A DNA stretch of 64,000 nucleotides from an uncultured Clostridia bacterium (GTDB lineage: Bacteria; Bacillota; Clostridia; Christensenellales; CAG-314), in contig CAKQEP010000001.1 in NCBI GenBank assembly GCA_934230325.1, positions 148,739 through 212,738 of the forward strand, read 5' to 3'. The position numbers and the translations under genes are program-made. The notes below the pieces were generated by a model, which was given only the letters and a program-made list of their open reading frames with translations, searched no databases and had not been told where the DNA came from. Below, piece by piece: positions 17,229-26,889 of this stretch (position 1 is the stretch's first letter; each line of letters starts with the position of its first letter).

Positions 17229-18113
17229 TTAAAATTTTTCTTTTTCCTGACGGCGTAACTCGTTGTACAACTCAACGTATCTGTCGTAACGTCGTTTGCT
17301 TAATTTGCCTTGCTCTACCGCTTTTTTTACCGCGCAATCCGGTTCTGTCGTGTGGGTGCACATATTAAAACGACAATCTTTGAGCAAGGCGTACAAGTCG
17401 TCGTAATACAAGGCAAGTTGGTCGGACTCGACATCCGTTAATTCGTAAAGGCTGAATCCCGCAGTATCCACAACAAAGCCGCCGTCTTTTAGCGGGTAAA
17501 TTTCGTTGTGCCTCGTAGTGTGTTTGCCTCTGTCGGTTTTTGAGGACAACTCCCCCGTAGGTTTGTTTAGGTTGGGCAAAAGAGCGTTGAGTATGCTGGT
17601 TTTGCCTACCGCAGATTGCCCTGCAAAACAAACCGTTTTGCCCGCTATTGCGGCTTTGAGCGTCGATATTCCTTCTCCCGTAAACGTTGACACGGTAATA
17701 ATGCCGTTTACGAGGTCGGCGTACTGCTCTTGCGCGTCTATAAAAAATTCGTCGGGAACAATATCGGTTTTGTTTATGACAAGGTCGAGCGCAACGCCTT
17801 GTTTGTTGCAATTAGCAATTATTTTGTCGATAAGCAAAAAATCGGGCGCAGGCAACGACGAAACTATCGCAAACACTGCGTCTACGTTGGATACGGCAGG
17901 TCTTTTGAGAAAGTTTTTTCTTGGCAGAATTTTGTTTATCGCGCAAATTTTGCCGTCTTGCTCAAACTCTACGTCGTCGCCGACAACGATATCGTCGTAA
18001 AAGTACTTTACTTTTTTGCGGGCATAACAAACGCATTTAACACCGTCGCAGTATACGGTGTATTTTCCGCCGACGCCTTTAACTACCTTTCCGATTTTTT
18101 TAGTATCTCTCAT
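17229..18113 (-). CDS. rsgA: ribosome small-subunit-dependent GTPase A
   Basis: NKTD, GQSAVGKTSILNAL, and a C-terminal Cys cluster C.H..EP.CAV. Confidence 0.9.
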   Translation of the reverse strand: MRDTKKIGKVVKGVGGKYTVYCDGVKCVCYARKKVKYFYDDIVVGDDVEFEQDGKICAINKILPRKNFLKRPAVSNVDAVFAIVSSLPAPDFLLIDKIIANCNKQGVALDLVINKTDIVPDEFFIDAQEQYADLVNGIITVSTFTGEGISTLKAAIAGKTVCFAGQSAVGKTSILNALLPNLNKPTGELSSKTDRGKHTTRHNEIYPLKDGGFVVDTAGFSLYELTDVESDQLALYYDDLYALLKDCRFNMCTHTTEPDCAVKKAVEQGKLSKRRYDRYVELYNELRRQEKEKF

Positions 18114-19134
18114 TCTTTATCACGCGCCTACGCAATTGCCCGCATGCTCCGTCAATATCTACGCCTATCTGACGTCTTAACGTTGCGGAAACTCCGTTTT
18201 TGGTAAGTTTGTTTAAAAATTCCGTTGCGGCGTCATCCGCAGTAGGTTTTAAATCCCTTTCCTTTACCGGATTTAGCCTAATCAAATTGACGTGACAACT
18301 AAACCCTTTTGTCAGCCGCGCGAGTTTTGCTACGTCCTCGTCTGTATCGTTTTGCCCCTCCGTCAATACGTACTCAAAAATAACGCGCCTGCCTGTTTTT
18401 AAAAAATAATATTTTGCCGCTTCCACGACTTCGCCCAACGGGTACGCCTTGCTTATCGGCATAAGAACGCAACGTTTTTCCTGTCGCGGCGAGTGCAACG
18501 ACACTGTGAGATTGACCTGCAAACCCATATCTGCAAGTTGAATGATTTTGGGCGCTATACCGCAAGTAGACAGACTGATGTTTCTTTGCGAAATATTTAT
18601 GCCGTCGGGGGCGTTTACCGATTTTAAAAATTTTATCGTATTGTCAAAGTTGTCAAGCGGTTCGCCGCTTCCCATCAAAACTATGTTGGTGATTTTTCTG
18701 TCGTCGGCTGTGCCGCCGCAATATCTGTTTACCGCAATTACCTGACCGAGAATCTCGCCCGACGACAAGTTTCGCACAAGTCCGTCAAGCGTGCTTGCGC
18801 AAAATTTGCAACCCATACGACAGCCTACCTGCGTGGATACGCACAGCGTGTTGCCGTATTTATATTTCATAAGTACGCCCTCGATAAGGTTGCCGTCGTA
18901 CAACTTGTACAAAAACTTTTGAGTACCGTCCTTTGACTCAAACTTTTTTAGTATCGTAACGGGACAAGCGATATGCTCGGCTTTAAGACGTTGCCGCCAC
19001 TCTTTTGGCAAGTCCGTCATTTCGTCAAAATCCGCTCCGCGATATAGCCATTTGTATAATTGTTTTACCTTGTAAGCCTGTACGTCGGCAAACAATTCCG
19101 TCAACTCGGATAACGTATAATCGAGCAAAATCAT
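18100..19134 (-). CDS. rlmN: 23S rRNA/tRNA (adenine-C2)-methyltransferase RlmN (radical SAM)
   Basis: CVSTQVGCRMGCKFCAST and GSGEPLDN. Confidence 0.9.
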   Translation of the reverse strand: MILLDYTLSELTELFADVQAYKVKQLYKWLYRGADFDEMTDLPKEWRQRLKAEHIACPVTILKKFESKDGTQKFLYKLYDGNLIEGVLMKYKYGNTLCVSTQVGCRMGCKFCASTLDGLVRNLSSGEILGQVIAVNRYCGGTADDRKITNIVLMGSGEPLDNFDNTIKFLKSVNAPDGINISQRNISLSTCGIAPKIIQLADMGLQVNLTVSLHSPRQEKRCVLMPISKAYPLGEVVEAAKYYFLKTGRRVIFEYVLTEGQNDTDEDVAKLARLTKGFSCHVNLIRLNPVKERDLKPTADDAATEFLNKLTKNGVSATLRRQIGVDIDGACGQLRRRVIKNERY

Positions 19135-20423
19135 TTTTCTTTCACCAAGCCGGCAATATAAAAACCGTCCGTATCGTGTTTGTGCGGTAATAATTGCAAA
19201 TCAAGGCTGCCGTCGTCGGATTTTATCGGCAAATCGAGCGGTATCAGTTTAAAATGGTCGTTATGCTCCAAAAAGTTTTTGACGTTGAGAGTATTTTCTT
19301 CCGCAAACACCGTACACGTCGAATACAAAAGCACCCCGCCGATTTTGAGATAATTTTTGGCTATTTCGAGCATTTTTTGTTGTATCTCTACCAACTTGTC
19401 TACGTCTTTCTCCGTGCGAAACATTTTGATTTCGGGACGGCTGGACACAACGCCAAAACCACTGCACGGCGCGTCCAACAAAACGTAATCAAACTTGTTG
19501 AAAAATGCGGGATTAACTTCTGTTGCGTCGTTCTGCTCCACCGTCACGTTGTCCGCATGCATACGCTTTGCGTAGGAAGATATCAATCTCAACCTATGCG
19601 GGTAAACGTCGCAAGCGACTATCTTTGCCGAAGGCTGCAAGCCCGCTATGTATACGCTTTTGCCGCCCGGCGCGGCGCATAAATCAAGTACGTTGCTGTC
19701 GGGTTTAACGTTTAACGCCCTTACCGTAAGCATACTTGACAAACTCATAGGAGTACACTCTCCCGAAGCGGTCAAGGAAGTAACGTCGCCGTACACTTTA
19801 ATCGCGTCGTCAAGGCAAGTTTGTTTAAATTTAAGTCCTTTTGCGACAAGTTTGTTTTTAAACTCGTCAACGGAAATTAGAGTGGTGTTTATTCTCAGAC
19901 ATGTGGCGGTATCGTCGTTGCCATCAGAAATTTTTATCGCTTCCTCCTCTCCGTAATAATCTTTAAGTTTGTTTAACGCCCACAAAGGATAACTGTTTTG
20001 AATGGACGCGCGTTTGAGCGGCTCTGTAGGATATTCAAAGGAATTTTCCTCTTTTGCTTTGGCAATATTGCGCAAAACGGCGTTGACAAAGTTGGCTACG
20101 CCTGCTTTGCCTATTTTTTTTGCGTAATTGACGCAATCGTTTACCACGACGGCGGAAGGTATAGACAACTCTAATATGCAAAACGCGCCGATTTTGAGCA
20201 AAACAAAAAGCGCAGGCTTTGTCTGCGGCGCAAACAACTTGATAATATAATCGAGTTTTATGTTTTTGTCTAATACTCCGTAAACTATTTTTGTCACCAA
20301 CGGCTTGCAATCCGACGGCGTGGTTTTTAACGTTTTGTTAAGCGTTGCGTTGCTAAACGCATGTTCTTTGTAAATCGGAGTAAGACACTCGTAACTTATT
20401 TCTATTGCTTTTTGCGTACTCAT
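19131..20423 (-). CDS. rsmB: 16S rRNA (cytosine967-C5)-methyltransferase RsmB
   Basis: NusB-like N-domain, DLCAAPGGKS and DAPCSGFGV. Confidence 0.85.
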   Translation of the reverse strand: MSTQKAIEISYECLTPIYKEHAFSNATLNKTLKTTPSDCKPLVTKIVYGVLDKNIKLDYIIKLFAPQTKPALFVLLKIGAFCILELSIPSAVVVNDCVNYAKKIGKAGVANFVNAVLRNIAKAKEENSFEYPTEPLKRASIQNSYPLWALNKLKDYYGEEEAIKISDGNDDTATCLRINTTLISVDEFKNKLVAKGLKFKQTCLDDAIKVYGDVTSLTASGECTPMSLSSMLTVRALNVKPDSNVLDLCAAPGGKSVYIAGLQPSAKIVACDVYPHRLRLISSYAKRMHADNVTVEQNDATEVNPAFFNKFDYVLLDAPCSGFGVVSSRPEIKMFRTEKDVDKLVEIQQKMLEIAKNYLKIGGVLLYSTCTVFAEENTLNVKNFLEHNDHFKLIPLDLPIKSDDGSLDLQLLPHKHDTDGFYIAGLVKEK

Positions 20424-21352
20424 AATCTATCAAATTTTTGCGGACGATTTTTAAGCCCGTTTAAAAAATCGCATATAGCCATTCTTTTGCCTTCTGCCGA
20501 CTGAACATCGGTAAGAGCAAGCGACGTGCCGTTGCCGCAACCGACAATCATCTGTTTTTTTTCGTAATGTATTTCCCCTTCTTTTAACGGTTGACCTATA
20601 TCGCCGCTAAACACACGGCAGTTGTATATTTTAAATCGTTTTCCGTTTAAAACGGAATATGCGGCGGGAACGGAGGACAAACCGCGTATTTTGCAGGAAA
20701 GTTTATCGGCGGGTATACTCCAATCGATAATTTCTTCTTCCGCCTTGATTTTTTTGCAAAACGTGACTTGTTTTTCGTCTTGCGGCGTAAAAGTCGCCTT
20801 GCCCGCTTTTATATCGTCCAACGTTTTTACCAGCAAATCTCCGCCGAGTTTTGCGAGTTTTAAAAACATATCGTCGGCGGTGTCCGAAGGTAAAATTTCT
20901 GCCGTTGCTTGCGCGACGATATCGCCCGCGTCCATTTTTAAAGCGGTTTTTACTATGGTCACGCCTGTCGTTGTCAACCCGTCCATAACCGCCCGCTGTA
21001 TCGGCGACGCTCCTCTGTACTTAGGCAACAAACTACCGTGAACGTTTATCACTCCGTGCGGAGCAACGGACAAAACTTCTTCCGACAACATCTGACCGTA
21101 CGCCGCCGTGACAAAAACGTCTGCGCCGAGAGTTTTTAACGTTTCAACGCCGTCTTCGGATACGTTTTGCCAGTCGTAAACGACGATGTCTTTGCTCAAA
21201 GCAAAACTTTTTACTTCGCACTGTTTGAGTTTGTTGCGATTGCCGAGTTTGTCCGGCTGACACACGACGCACAACACGGTATTGTCGCTGTCAAGCAATC
21301 TTTCCAGTACTATTCGCCCAAACTCGGGAGTCCCCATAAAAACAATTTTCAT
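20420..21352 (-). CDS. fmt: methionyl-tRNA formyltransferase
   Basis: MKIVFMGTPEF...INVHGSLLPKYRGASPIQ. Confidence 0.9.
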   Translation of the reverse strand: MKIVFMGTPEFGRIVLERLLDSDNTVLCVVCQPDKLGNRNKLKQCEVKSFALSKDIVVYDWQNVSEDGVETLKTLGADVFVTAAYGQMLSEEVLSVAPHGVINVHGSLLPKYRGASPIQRAVMDGLTTTGVTIVKTALKMDAGDIVAQATAEILPSDTADDMFLKLAKLGGDLLVKTLDDIKAGKATFTPQDEKQVTFCKKIKAEEEIIDWSIPADKLSCKIRGLSSVPAAYSVLNGKRFKIYNCRVFSGDIGQPLKEGEIHYEKKQMIVGCGNGTSLALTDVQSAEGKRMAICDFLNGLKNRPQKFDRL

Positions 21353-21359
21353 TTGCTCG

Positions 21360-21869
21360 TTAAACGTCCTTTATCAAGCCCTTTTTTAAATCTTTGTAAG
21401 TGTAAGGGCGACCTTTTTTGTCGCGTAACATTTTGTCGACAAAAAGAATACCGTCGAGATGGTCCAACTCATGAAAAAACACTCTCGCAAAATATCCGTT
21501 TGCTTCCGCAACTTGTTTTTTGCCTGCGCGGTCAAAAAACTCTACTTTAACGTAATCCGGACGTTTTACTAGACCTCTTTCTTCCTCTACCGACAAACAA
21601 CCTTCGTCGTCGATACTGCTTCCCGCCGTTTTTACTATGACGGGATTGACTAATTCCAACGTTTTGTCTTCGTAACTAATCACCACCACGCGCTTTAACA
21701 CGCCAACTTGCGGCGCGGCAAGTCCGTAACCGTCGTGATGAGCGAGAGTTTCGTTAAGGTCGTCAATCAACTCTGCAAGTCTATCGTCAAACTTGTCCAC
21801 AGGTTTGCATTTTTTGGACAGAACTTCGCCGCCCTCTTTGCCTAAAACAACAATTTTTCTCGTAGCCAT
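21360..21869 (-). CDS. def: peptide deformylase
   Basis: GYGLAAPQVG, EGCLS and HELDHLDG. Confidence 0.9.
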   Translation of the reverse strand: MATRKIVVLGKEGGEVLSKKCKPVDKFDDRLAELIDDLNETLAHHDGYGLAAPQVGVLKRVVVISYEDKTLELVNPVIVKTAGSSIDDEGCLSVEEERGLVKRPDYVKVEFFDRAGKKQVAEANGYFARVFFHELDHLDGILFVDKMLRDKKGRPYTYKDLKKGLIKDV

Positions 21870-21879
21870 AATTTTATAC

Positions 21880-24075
21880 TTAATTGAGGTTTTGCGGGTT
21901 AATCTCCGTAAAAACCGTCACCTTATCGTTTTTTAAAGAATCGGTAATACCGTATACTTTGTTTATCGTATCTTCTGCGGCGTCGCAAGTCAAACGCATT
22001 ACTATTTCAAACCGCTGTTTGCCTTGCAATTTTTTTACCGGACAGCGCATCTTTTGCAAAAACAAAAAATCGTCCGGATTTTGCGCCGACAATTTTTCTA
22101 TATCGTCATAATGTTTGTTGAGCAAGTCTATGCACGGCTGGCTTTGTTCTCCCGTATACAAAATGCGCACGATTACGCAAAACGGAGGAAACTCCGCCGC
22201 CTGCCGCATATTGATTTCCCTATTGAAAAATCCTGCGTAATCTTGTTTTGCGGCAAATTGCAAACAGTAATGGCGCGGATTGTAACTTTGCAAAATCACT
22301 TTGCCGCTCTGCTTGTCGCGCCCGCTACGTCCCGCAACCTGCGTCAGCAACTGAAATGTTTTTTCTGCCGCAAGGTAATCGCCGTAATACAAACTTTGGT
22401 CGCCGTTGAGTATGCCTACCAACGTTACGAAAGGAAAATCGTGTCCTTTTGCCAACATCTGCGTACCTACCAAAATTTGCGCCTCCCTTTTAGAAAAAGC
22501 GTCGAGAATTTTGACGAGTCCGTCTTTGGTTTGCGTGGTATCTGCGTCCATTCTCAAAACTTTTACGTCGGGAAAAAGTTGTTTTAGGCGCGCTTCTACC
22601 TGTTGATCCCCTACAAAACCTTGTTTGACATACTCGCTTTTGCATTTGGGGCATTTTGTAAACATATTAAACCGTCTGCCGCAATAGTGACATTTGAGCA
22701 ATCCGTCGTCTTTGTGATAAGTAAGGCTTACGTCGCAATCCGGACATTTGGCTACATAACCGCATTTGACGCACATAACAAAACTGCTGTATCCGCGACG
22801 ATTTAAAAACAAAATCGCTTGATTGCCTTCGTTTACCACGCGCGTAAGTTCTTCCGTCAACTCGCGAGAAAAAATATCATTGTTGCCTGCGCGCGATTCC
22901 GCCGCCATATCTACTATGGATACTTCCGGCAACGGCATTTTGTTTATTCGCTCGGGCAAGGTCAACAATTCGTACTCGCCTTGACGCGCTTTGTAAAAAC
23001 TTTCCAACGACGGAGTTGCGCTGCCCAAAACGAGATTGCAACCGTTTTGTTTGCAGCGATATTCCGCAATTTCACGCGTATCGTAACGCGGATTGCTATC
23101 GGAAAAATAACTCGAGTCATGCTCCTCGTCGATTATGATTACTCCTATATCGGTCAACGGCGCAAACACCGCGCTCCTTGCTCCGATAGCGATTTTTGCC
23201 TCGCCTCGCTTTAACCGCAACCATTCGTCGTATCTTTCGCCCGCCGACAAGCCGCTGTGAAGTATCGCAACGGTATCGCCAAACCTGCCGCGAAACAATT
23301 TGAGCATGTTTGGCGTCAAAGAAATTTCCGGCACCAACATTATTGCGGTTTTGCCTTGTTTGACAAAATACTCAATGACGGTCATATACACTTCTGTCTT
23401 GCCGCTACCCGTCACTCCCCACAAAAGAAATTTTTTGTCCGTTTCCGTCGTGATTTTTTCTACTACCGCCGACTGGTCGGGCGTAAGCGTGTGCGACAAA
23501 CTTTTGTCTTGCACCGTTTTGTAAGGTTTTCTGTTTATCGTAACGTCGTAAACTTCTATCAGCCCTTTTTGCAACAACGTTTTTGTAATAGAAGAACCAA
23601 ACTTTTTGTTTAACAACTCAGTAAGAGTATCGCCGTTTTGCTTTATATATTCAAGCGCGGCTCGCTGTGTTTTTGCCGTTTTTGACAAAGTAGCAAATAT
23701 TTGCTCCTCCGTAAGCAAGCCGTTAAGTTTTGCTTTGCGTTTGACAAGCGGCGCGATGCGATTTTGACGCATTTCGCTCGGTATCGCAAGACGCAAAGCG
23801 TCTACCAACCTCAAATGATTTTTTTTGCGCATATACGTGCAAAGGTCGAGCATATCGAGATTGATTGCAGTAAAATCATCGAGTTGTCGTTGTATGCTTT
23901 TTAGTTTTTGCGGCGGAACGTCGCTGGCTTCTTTTTGACCTACGACAAATCCTTCTATAGTTCTGTTACCAAAAGGTACGGCAACTCTGCTGCCGACCTC
24001 TATATCTTCCCCTTTGTAGTCAAAAACTTTGTCCGTTTGAGAGGTGGATATATCAACGATAACTTCGTAAATCAT
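21880..24075 (-). CDS. priA: primosomal protein N' (replication restart helicase PriA)
   Basis: [16 protein letters not shown], and Zn fingers CVKCGY..KCPDCD...CHYCG. Start at MIYEVIV, just after the coaBC stop. Confidence 0.9.
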   Translation of the reverse strand: MIYEVIVDISTSQTDKVFDYKGEDIEVGSRVAVPFGNRTIEGFVVGQKEASDVPPQKLKSIQRQLDDFTAINLDMLDLCTYMRKKNHLRLVDALRLAIPSEMRQNRIAPLVKRKAKLNGLLTEEQIFATLSKTAKTQRAALEYIKQNGDTLTELLNKKFGSSITKTLLQKGLIEVYDVTINRKPYKTVQDKSLSHTLTPDQSAVVEKITTETDKKFLLWGVTGSGKTEVYMTVIEYFVKQGKTAIMLVPEISLTPNMLKLFRGRFGDTVAILHSGLSAGERYDEWLRLKRGEAKIAIGARSAVFAPLTDIGVIIIDEEHDSSYFSDSNPRYDTREIAEYRCKQNGCNLVLGSATPSLESFYKARQGEYELLTLPERINKMPLPEVSIVDMAAESRAGNNDIFSRELTEELTRVVNEGNQAILFLNRRGYSSFVMCVKCGYVAKCPDCDVSLTYHKDDGLLKCHYCGRRFNMFTKCPKCKSEYVKQGFVGDQQVEARLKQLFPDVKVLRMDADTTQTKDGLVKILDAFSKREAQILVGTQMLAKGHDFPFVTLVGILNGDQSLYYGDYLAAEKTFQLLTQVAGRSGRDKQSGKVILQSYNPRHYCLQFAAKQDYAGFFNREINMRQAAEFPPFCVIVRILYTGEQSQPCIDLLNKHYDDIEKLSAQNPDDFLFLQKMRCPVKKLQGKQRFEIVMRLTCDAAEDTINKVYGITDSLKNDKVTVFTEINPQNLN

Positions 24076-25256
24076 TTTATCAGTCCTGCGGCTTTGTCCA
24101 AAATGACCTTTGCGCATTCCGTCTTTGTCATTTTGCCAAAGTTTTCCGCTCCGTCTTTGTCTACCAAAGATATAATATCGGTATCGACGTTAAATCCCGC
24201 GCCCTCTTGCGTTACGTCGTTGGCAACGATAAAATCGGCATTTTTTGCAACGAGTTTTTTTTGCGCGTTTGCAATTAGATTTTCCGTTTCCGCCGCAAAC
24301 GCTACCAAAACTTTTTTACCTTTTTGCTTGCCGACGGCTGCCGCTATATCGGGATTCTTTTTAAACTCCACGACAAGACTTTGGCTTTTTATTTTTTGCG
24401 GAGAATATTTTTGCGGCGCATAGTCGCAAGGCGCGGCGGCTTTTACTATCAAATCCGCTTTTGCAAGGTTGTCCATCACCGCATCGTACATTTCTTGCGT
24501 GGTGTCTACGTTTATTACCGTCGCGCCGACAGGCACTTCTGCCGTGTGACGTCCCAAAACGAGAATGACTTTAGCCCCTCTGTCCCGTGCGTTTTTAGCA
24601 ATTTCGCAACCCATTTTTCCGCTACTGAAATTAGTGATAAATCTTACGCCGTCAATTTTTTCTATGGTTGCGCCCGCAGTGATTAGCACGGTTTTACCAT
24701 CGTAATCTCTTTTGAGCAAAAGAATATCGGCTATTGCGTCAAAAATTTTTTCTGGCTCTGCCATACGACCTTTGCCGACGTCGCCGCACGCCAAAAGTCC
24801 GTCGTCGCCGTAAATAAATTTTACGCCGCGTTTTTTTAACGTTTCGGTATTACAAACGCACGCGTCGGAAGTAATCATACCGGTATTCATAGCCGGCGCA
24901 AACAATATAGGCGCTTTTGTCGCCATAAGCGTAGTAGAAAGCATGTCGTCCGCGATACCGTTGGCATACTTTCCTATGATGTTGGCGGTAGCGGGCGCAA
25001 CGACAAAAACGTCGGCTTTTTTAGCCAACGCGACGTGCATTACTTCCCATTCCCTTTTTTCCTGAAAAGTGTCCGTTGCGACAGGGTATCCGCTCAACGT
25101 TTCAAAGGTGAGCGGCGAAACAAACTCTCGCGCGTTTTTAGTCATTATCACTCTTACTTCCGCGCCTGCTTTTTTGAGTCTGCTCACCAACTCGCACGTT
25201 TTGTAAGCGGCAATACCGCCCGTCACTCCCACTACTACGGTTTTGTTTTTAAACAT
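24072..25256 (-). CDS. coaBC: bifunctional phosphopantothenoylcysteine decarboxylase / phosphopantothenate-cysteine ligase
   Basis: Flavoprotein N-domain GVTGGIAAYK and DFP C-domain ITAGAT.E.ID.VRFI.N.SSGKMG. Confidence 0.9.
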   Translation of the reverse strand: MFKNKTVVVGVTGGIAAYKTCELVSRLKKAGAEVRVIMTKNAREFVSPLTFETLSGYPVATDTFQEKREWEVMHVALAKKADVFVVAPATANIIGKYANGIADDMLSTTLMATKAPILFAPAMNTGMITSDACVCNTETLKKRGVKFIYGDDGLLACGDVGKGRMAEPEKIFDAIADILLLKRDYDGKTVLITAGATIEKIDGVRFITNFSSGKMGCEIAKNARDRGAKVILVLGRHTAEVPVGATVINVDTTQEMYDAVMDNLAKADLIVKAAAPCDYAPQKYSPQKIKSQSLVVEFKKNPDIAAAVGKQKGKKVLVAFAAETENLIANAQKKLVAKNADFIVANDVTQEGAGFNVDTDIISLVDKDGAENFGKMTKTECAKVILDKAAGLIK

Positions 25257-25451
25257 TTATTCCCTTACTATTTTGATTTTGCCTTCCATCAATTCGTTGG
25301 CGGCGTAACTTATCGTTTTGACGTCGGTTTTAAATTCGTCTTTCTCTTGCTTGATGTTGAGTTCCTTTGCTCTTTTGGCAATAATACAACACAAAATGTA
25401 TTTGTTGCCCGCTTTGTCCGCTAATTGATCGATTGCCGGTTTTGTAATCAT
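25257..25451 (-). CDS. rpoZ: DNA-directed RNA polymerase subunit omega
   Basis: 64 aa, NKYILCCIIAKRAKEL, between gmk and coaBC. Confidence 0.85.
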   Translation of the reverse strand: MITKPAIDQLADKAGNKYILCCIIAKRAKELNIKQEKDEFKTDVKTISYAANELMEGKIKIVRE

Positions 25452-25454
25452 ATA

Positions 25455-26027
25455 TTATCTGTTCTCCTTTATTATTTGTTCCACTTGCTTTACCGCCGTG
25501 TCAAGGTCGTCGTTTATGACAATAAAGTCGTATCGGTGTTTAAGTTCGAGTTCCTTTTCTACGCGAGCAAGACGTTTTTCTATCGCTTCGACGCTCTCGG
25601 TGTTGCGGCGTACAAGACGTTTTTTGAGTTCTTCCGTAGAAGAAGGCATCACAAACACGGCAACTGCGTCGGGATAATTAGATTTGACTTTAAGCGCGCC
25701 GCGTACGTCTATCTCCAACAAAACGTCTTTGCCTTCGTCGAGTTTTTCAAAAACAAACCGCTTGGGCGTGCCGTAATAGTTTTCAAAATGGTCGTCGTAC
25801 TCCAAAAACTCGCTGTCGGCTATCATTTTTAAAAAATCGGCTTTGTCGATAAAAAAGTAATCTACGCCGTTTTTTTCGTTTTGACGCGGCAACCGAGTGG
25901 TAGCCGATACCGACAAAACCATATCGGGAAAAAGCGGCAACACCTTTTTTACTATCGTGCCTTTCCCTGCGCCGCTCGGACCGCTGATTATAAACAAACT
26001 GCCTTTTTTGATGCTATTATTCAACAT
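25455..26027 (-). CDS. gmk: guanylate kinase
   Basis: SGPSGAGKGT and TTR.PR..E..G.DYFF. Confidence 0.9.
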   Translation of the reverse strand: MLNNSIKKGSLFIISGPSGAGKGTIVKKVLPLFPDMVLSVSATTRLPRQNEKNGVDYFFIDKADFLKMIADSEFLEYDDHFENYYGTPKRFVFEKLDEGKDVLLEIDVRGALKVKSNYPDAVAVFVMPSSTEELKKRLVRRNTESVEAIEKRLARVEKELELKHRYDFIVINDDLDTAVKQVEQIIKENR

Positions 26028-26889
26028 TTTGTATTTGTTCTCTTACCTTTTCTATCTCGTTTTTTAAAGCGAGCGCTTTGTTTGTAAGCGCCAAATTATT
26101 GGATTTGCTACAAACGGTGTTTGCCTCTCTGTTAAACTCCTGAACCAAAAAGTCAAGTTTTTTGCCGGTAGGCTCGCTCAACTCAAATATTTTGCGTATC
26201 TGCGTTATATGACTTTTTAAACGAGCCGTTTCCTCGTCGATATTAGATTTATCTACAAAAAAAGCCACTTCGTTTGCAAGTTTAGATTCGTCTATATCGA
26301 CGTCTGCAAGCGCTTCCTTTATTCTGTCCTGAAGTTTTTTGCGATAGTCTTCTACAACGGAAGGCGCAAGCAAAATTATCTCGTCTACCAACGTTTCTAT
26401 GTTGTTGACAAGCGCAATAAGAACTTCTTTAAGCCTTTCTCCCTCCGCTTGCCGCATATTGTCGAGATTTTTTGCCGCAATATCGCAAGCGTCGGTCACC
26501 ATCTGTTTTAAAACGCATTCGTCGTCGTCGGGAGTTTCTACGGTGAGTATATCGGAAGTTTTGAGCAGTCCCGTTACCTGAAAATCGTTTTTTAATCCAA
26601 ACTCGTTTTCAATCAACGCCGCCGCGTCTACGTATCCTTTTGCCAACTGCATATCGACTTTTACCGTCTTTTGCTTGTCGCAATCTTCGTAATTGAGATA
26701 TACGTCGACGTGCCCCCTGTTTAGTATTGCGGACAACCTGTTGCGAATTACGTCTTCAAAGGGCATAAACAAACGAGGCAACCTTGCGCCGATATCCAAA
26801 AATCTGTGATTTACGCTTTTTAACTCTACGACAAGACGTCTGCCGTCTTTTAAAACTTCCGCCTTGCCATAACCCGTCATGCTTTTCAT
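26017..26889 (-). CDS. YicC family stress-induced protein
   Basis: MKSMTGYG...ELKSVNHRFLD and C-terminal EFNRE.NT..SKS. Confidence 0.85.
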   Translation of the reverse strand: MKSMTGYGKAEVLKDGRRLVVELKSVNHRFLDIGARLPRLFMPFEDVIRNRLSAILNRGHVDVYLNYEDCDKQKTVKVDMQLAKGYVDAAALIENEFGLKNDFQVTGLLKTSDILTVETPDDDECVLKQMVTDACDIAAKNLDNMRQAEGERLKEVLIALVNNIETLVDEIILLAPSVVEDYRKKLQDRIKEALADVDIDESKLANEVAFFVDKSNIDEETARLKSHITQIRKIFELSEPTGKKLDFLVQEFNREANTVCSKSNNLALTNKALALKNEIEKVREQIQNVE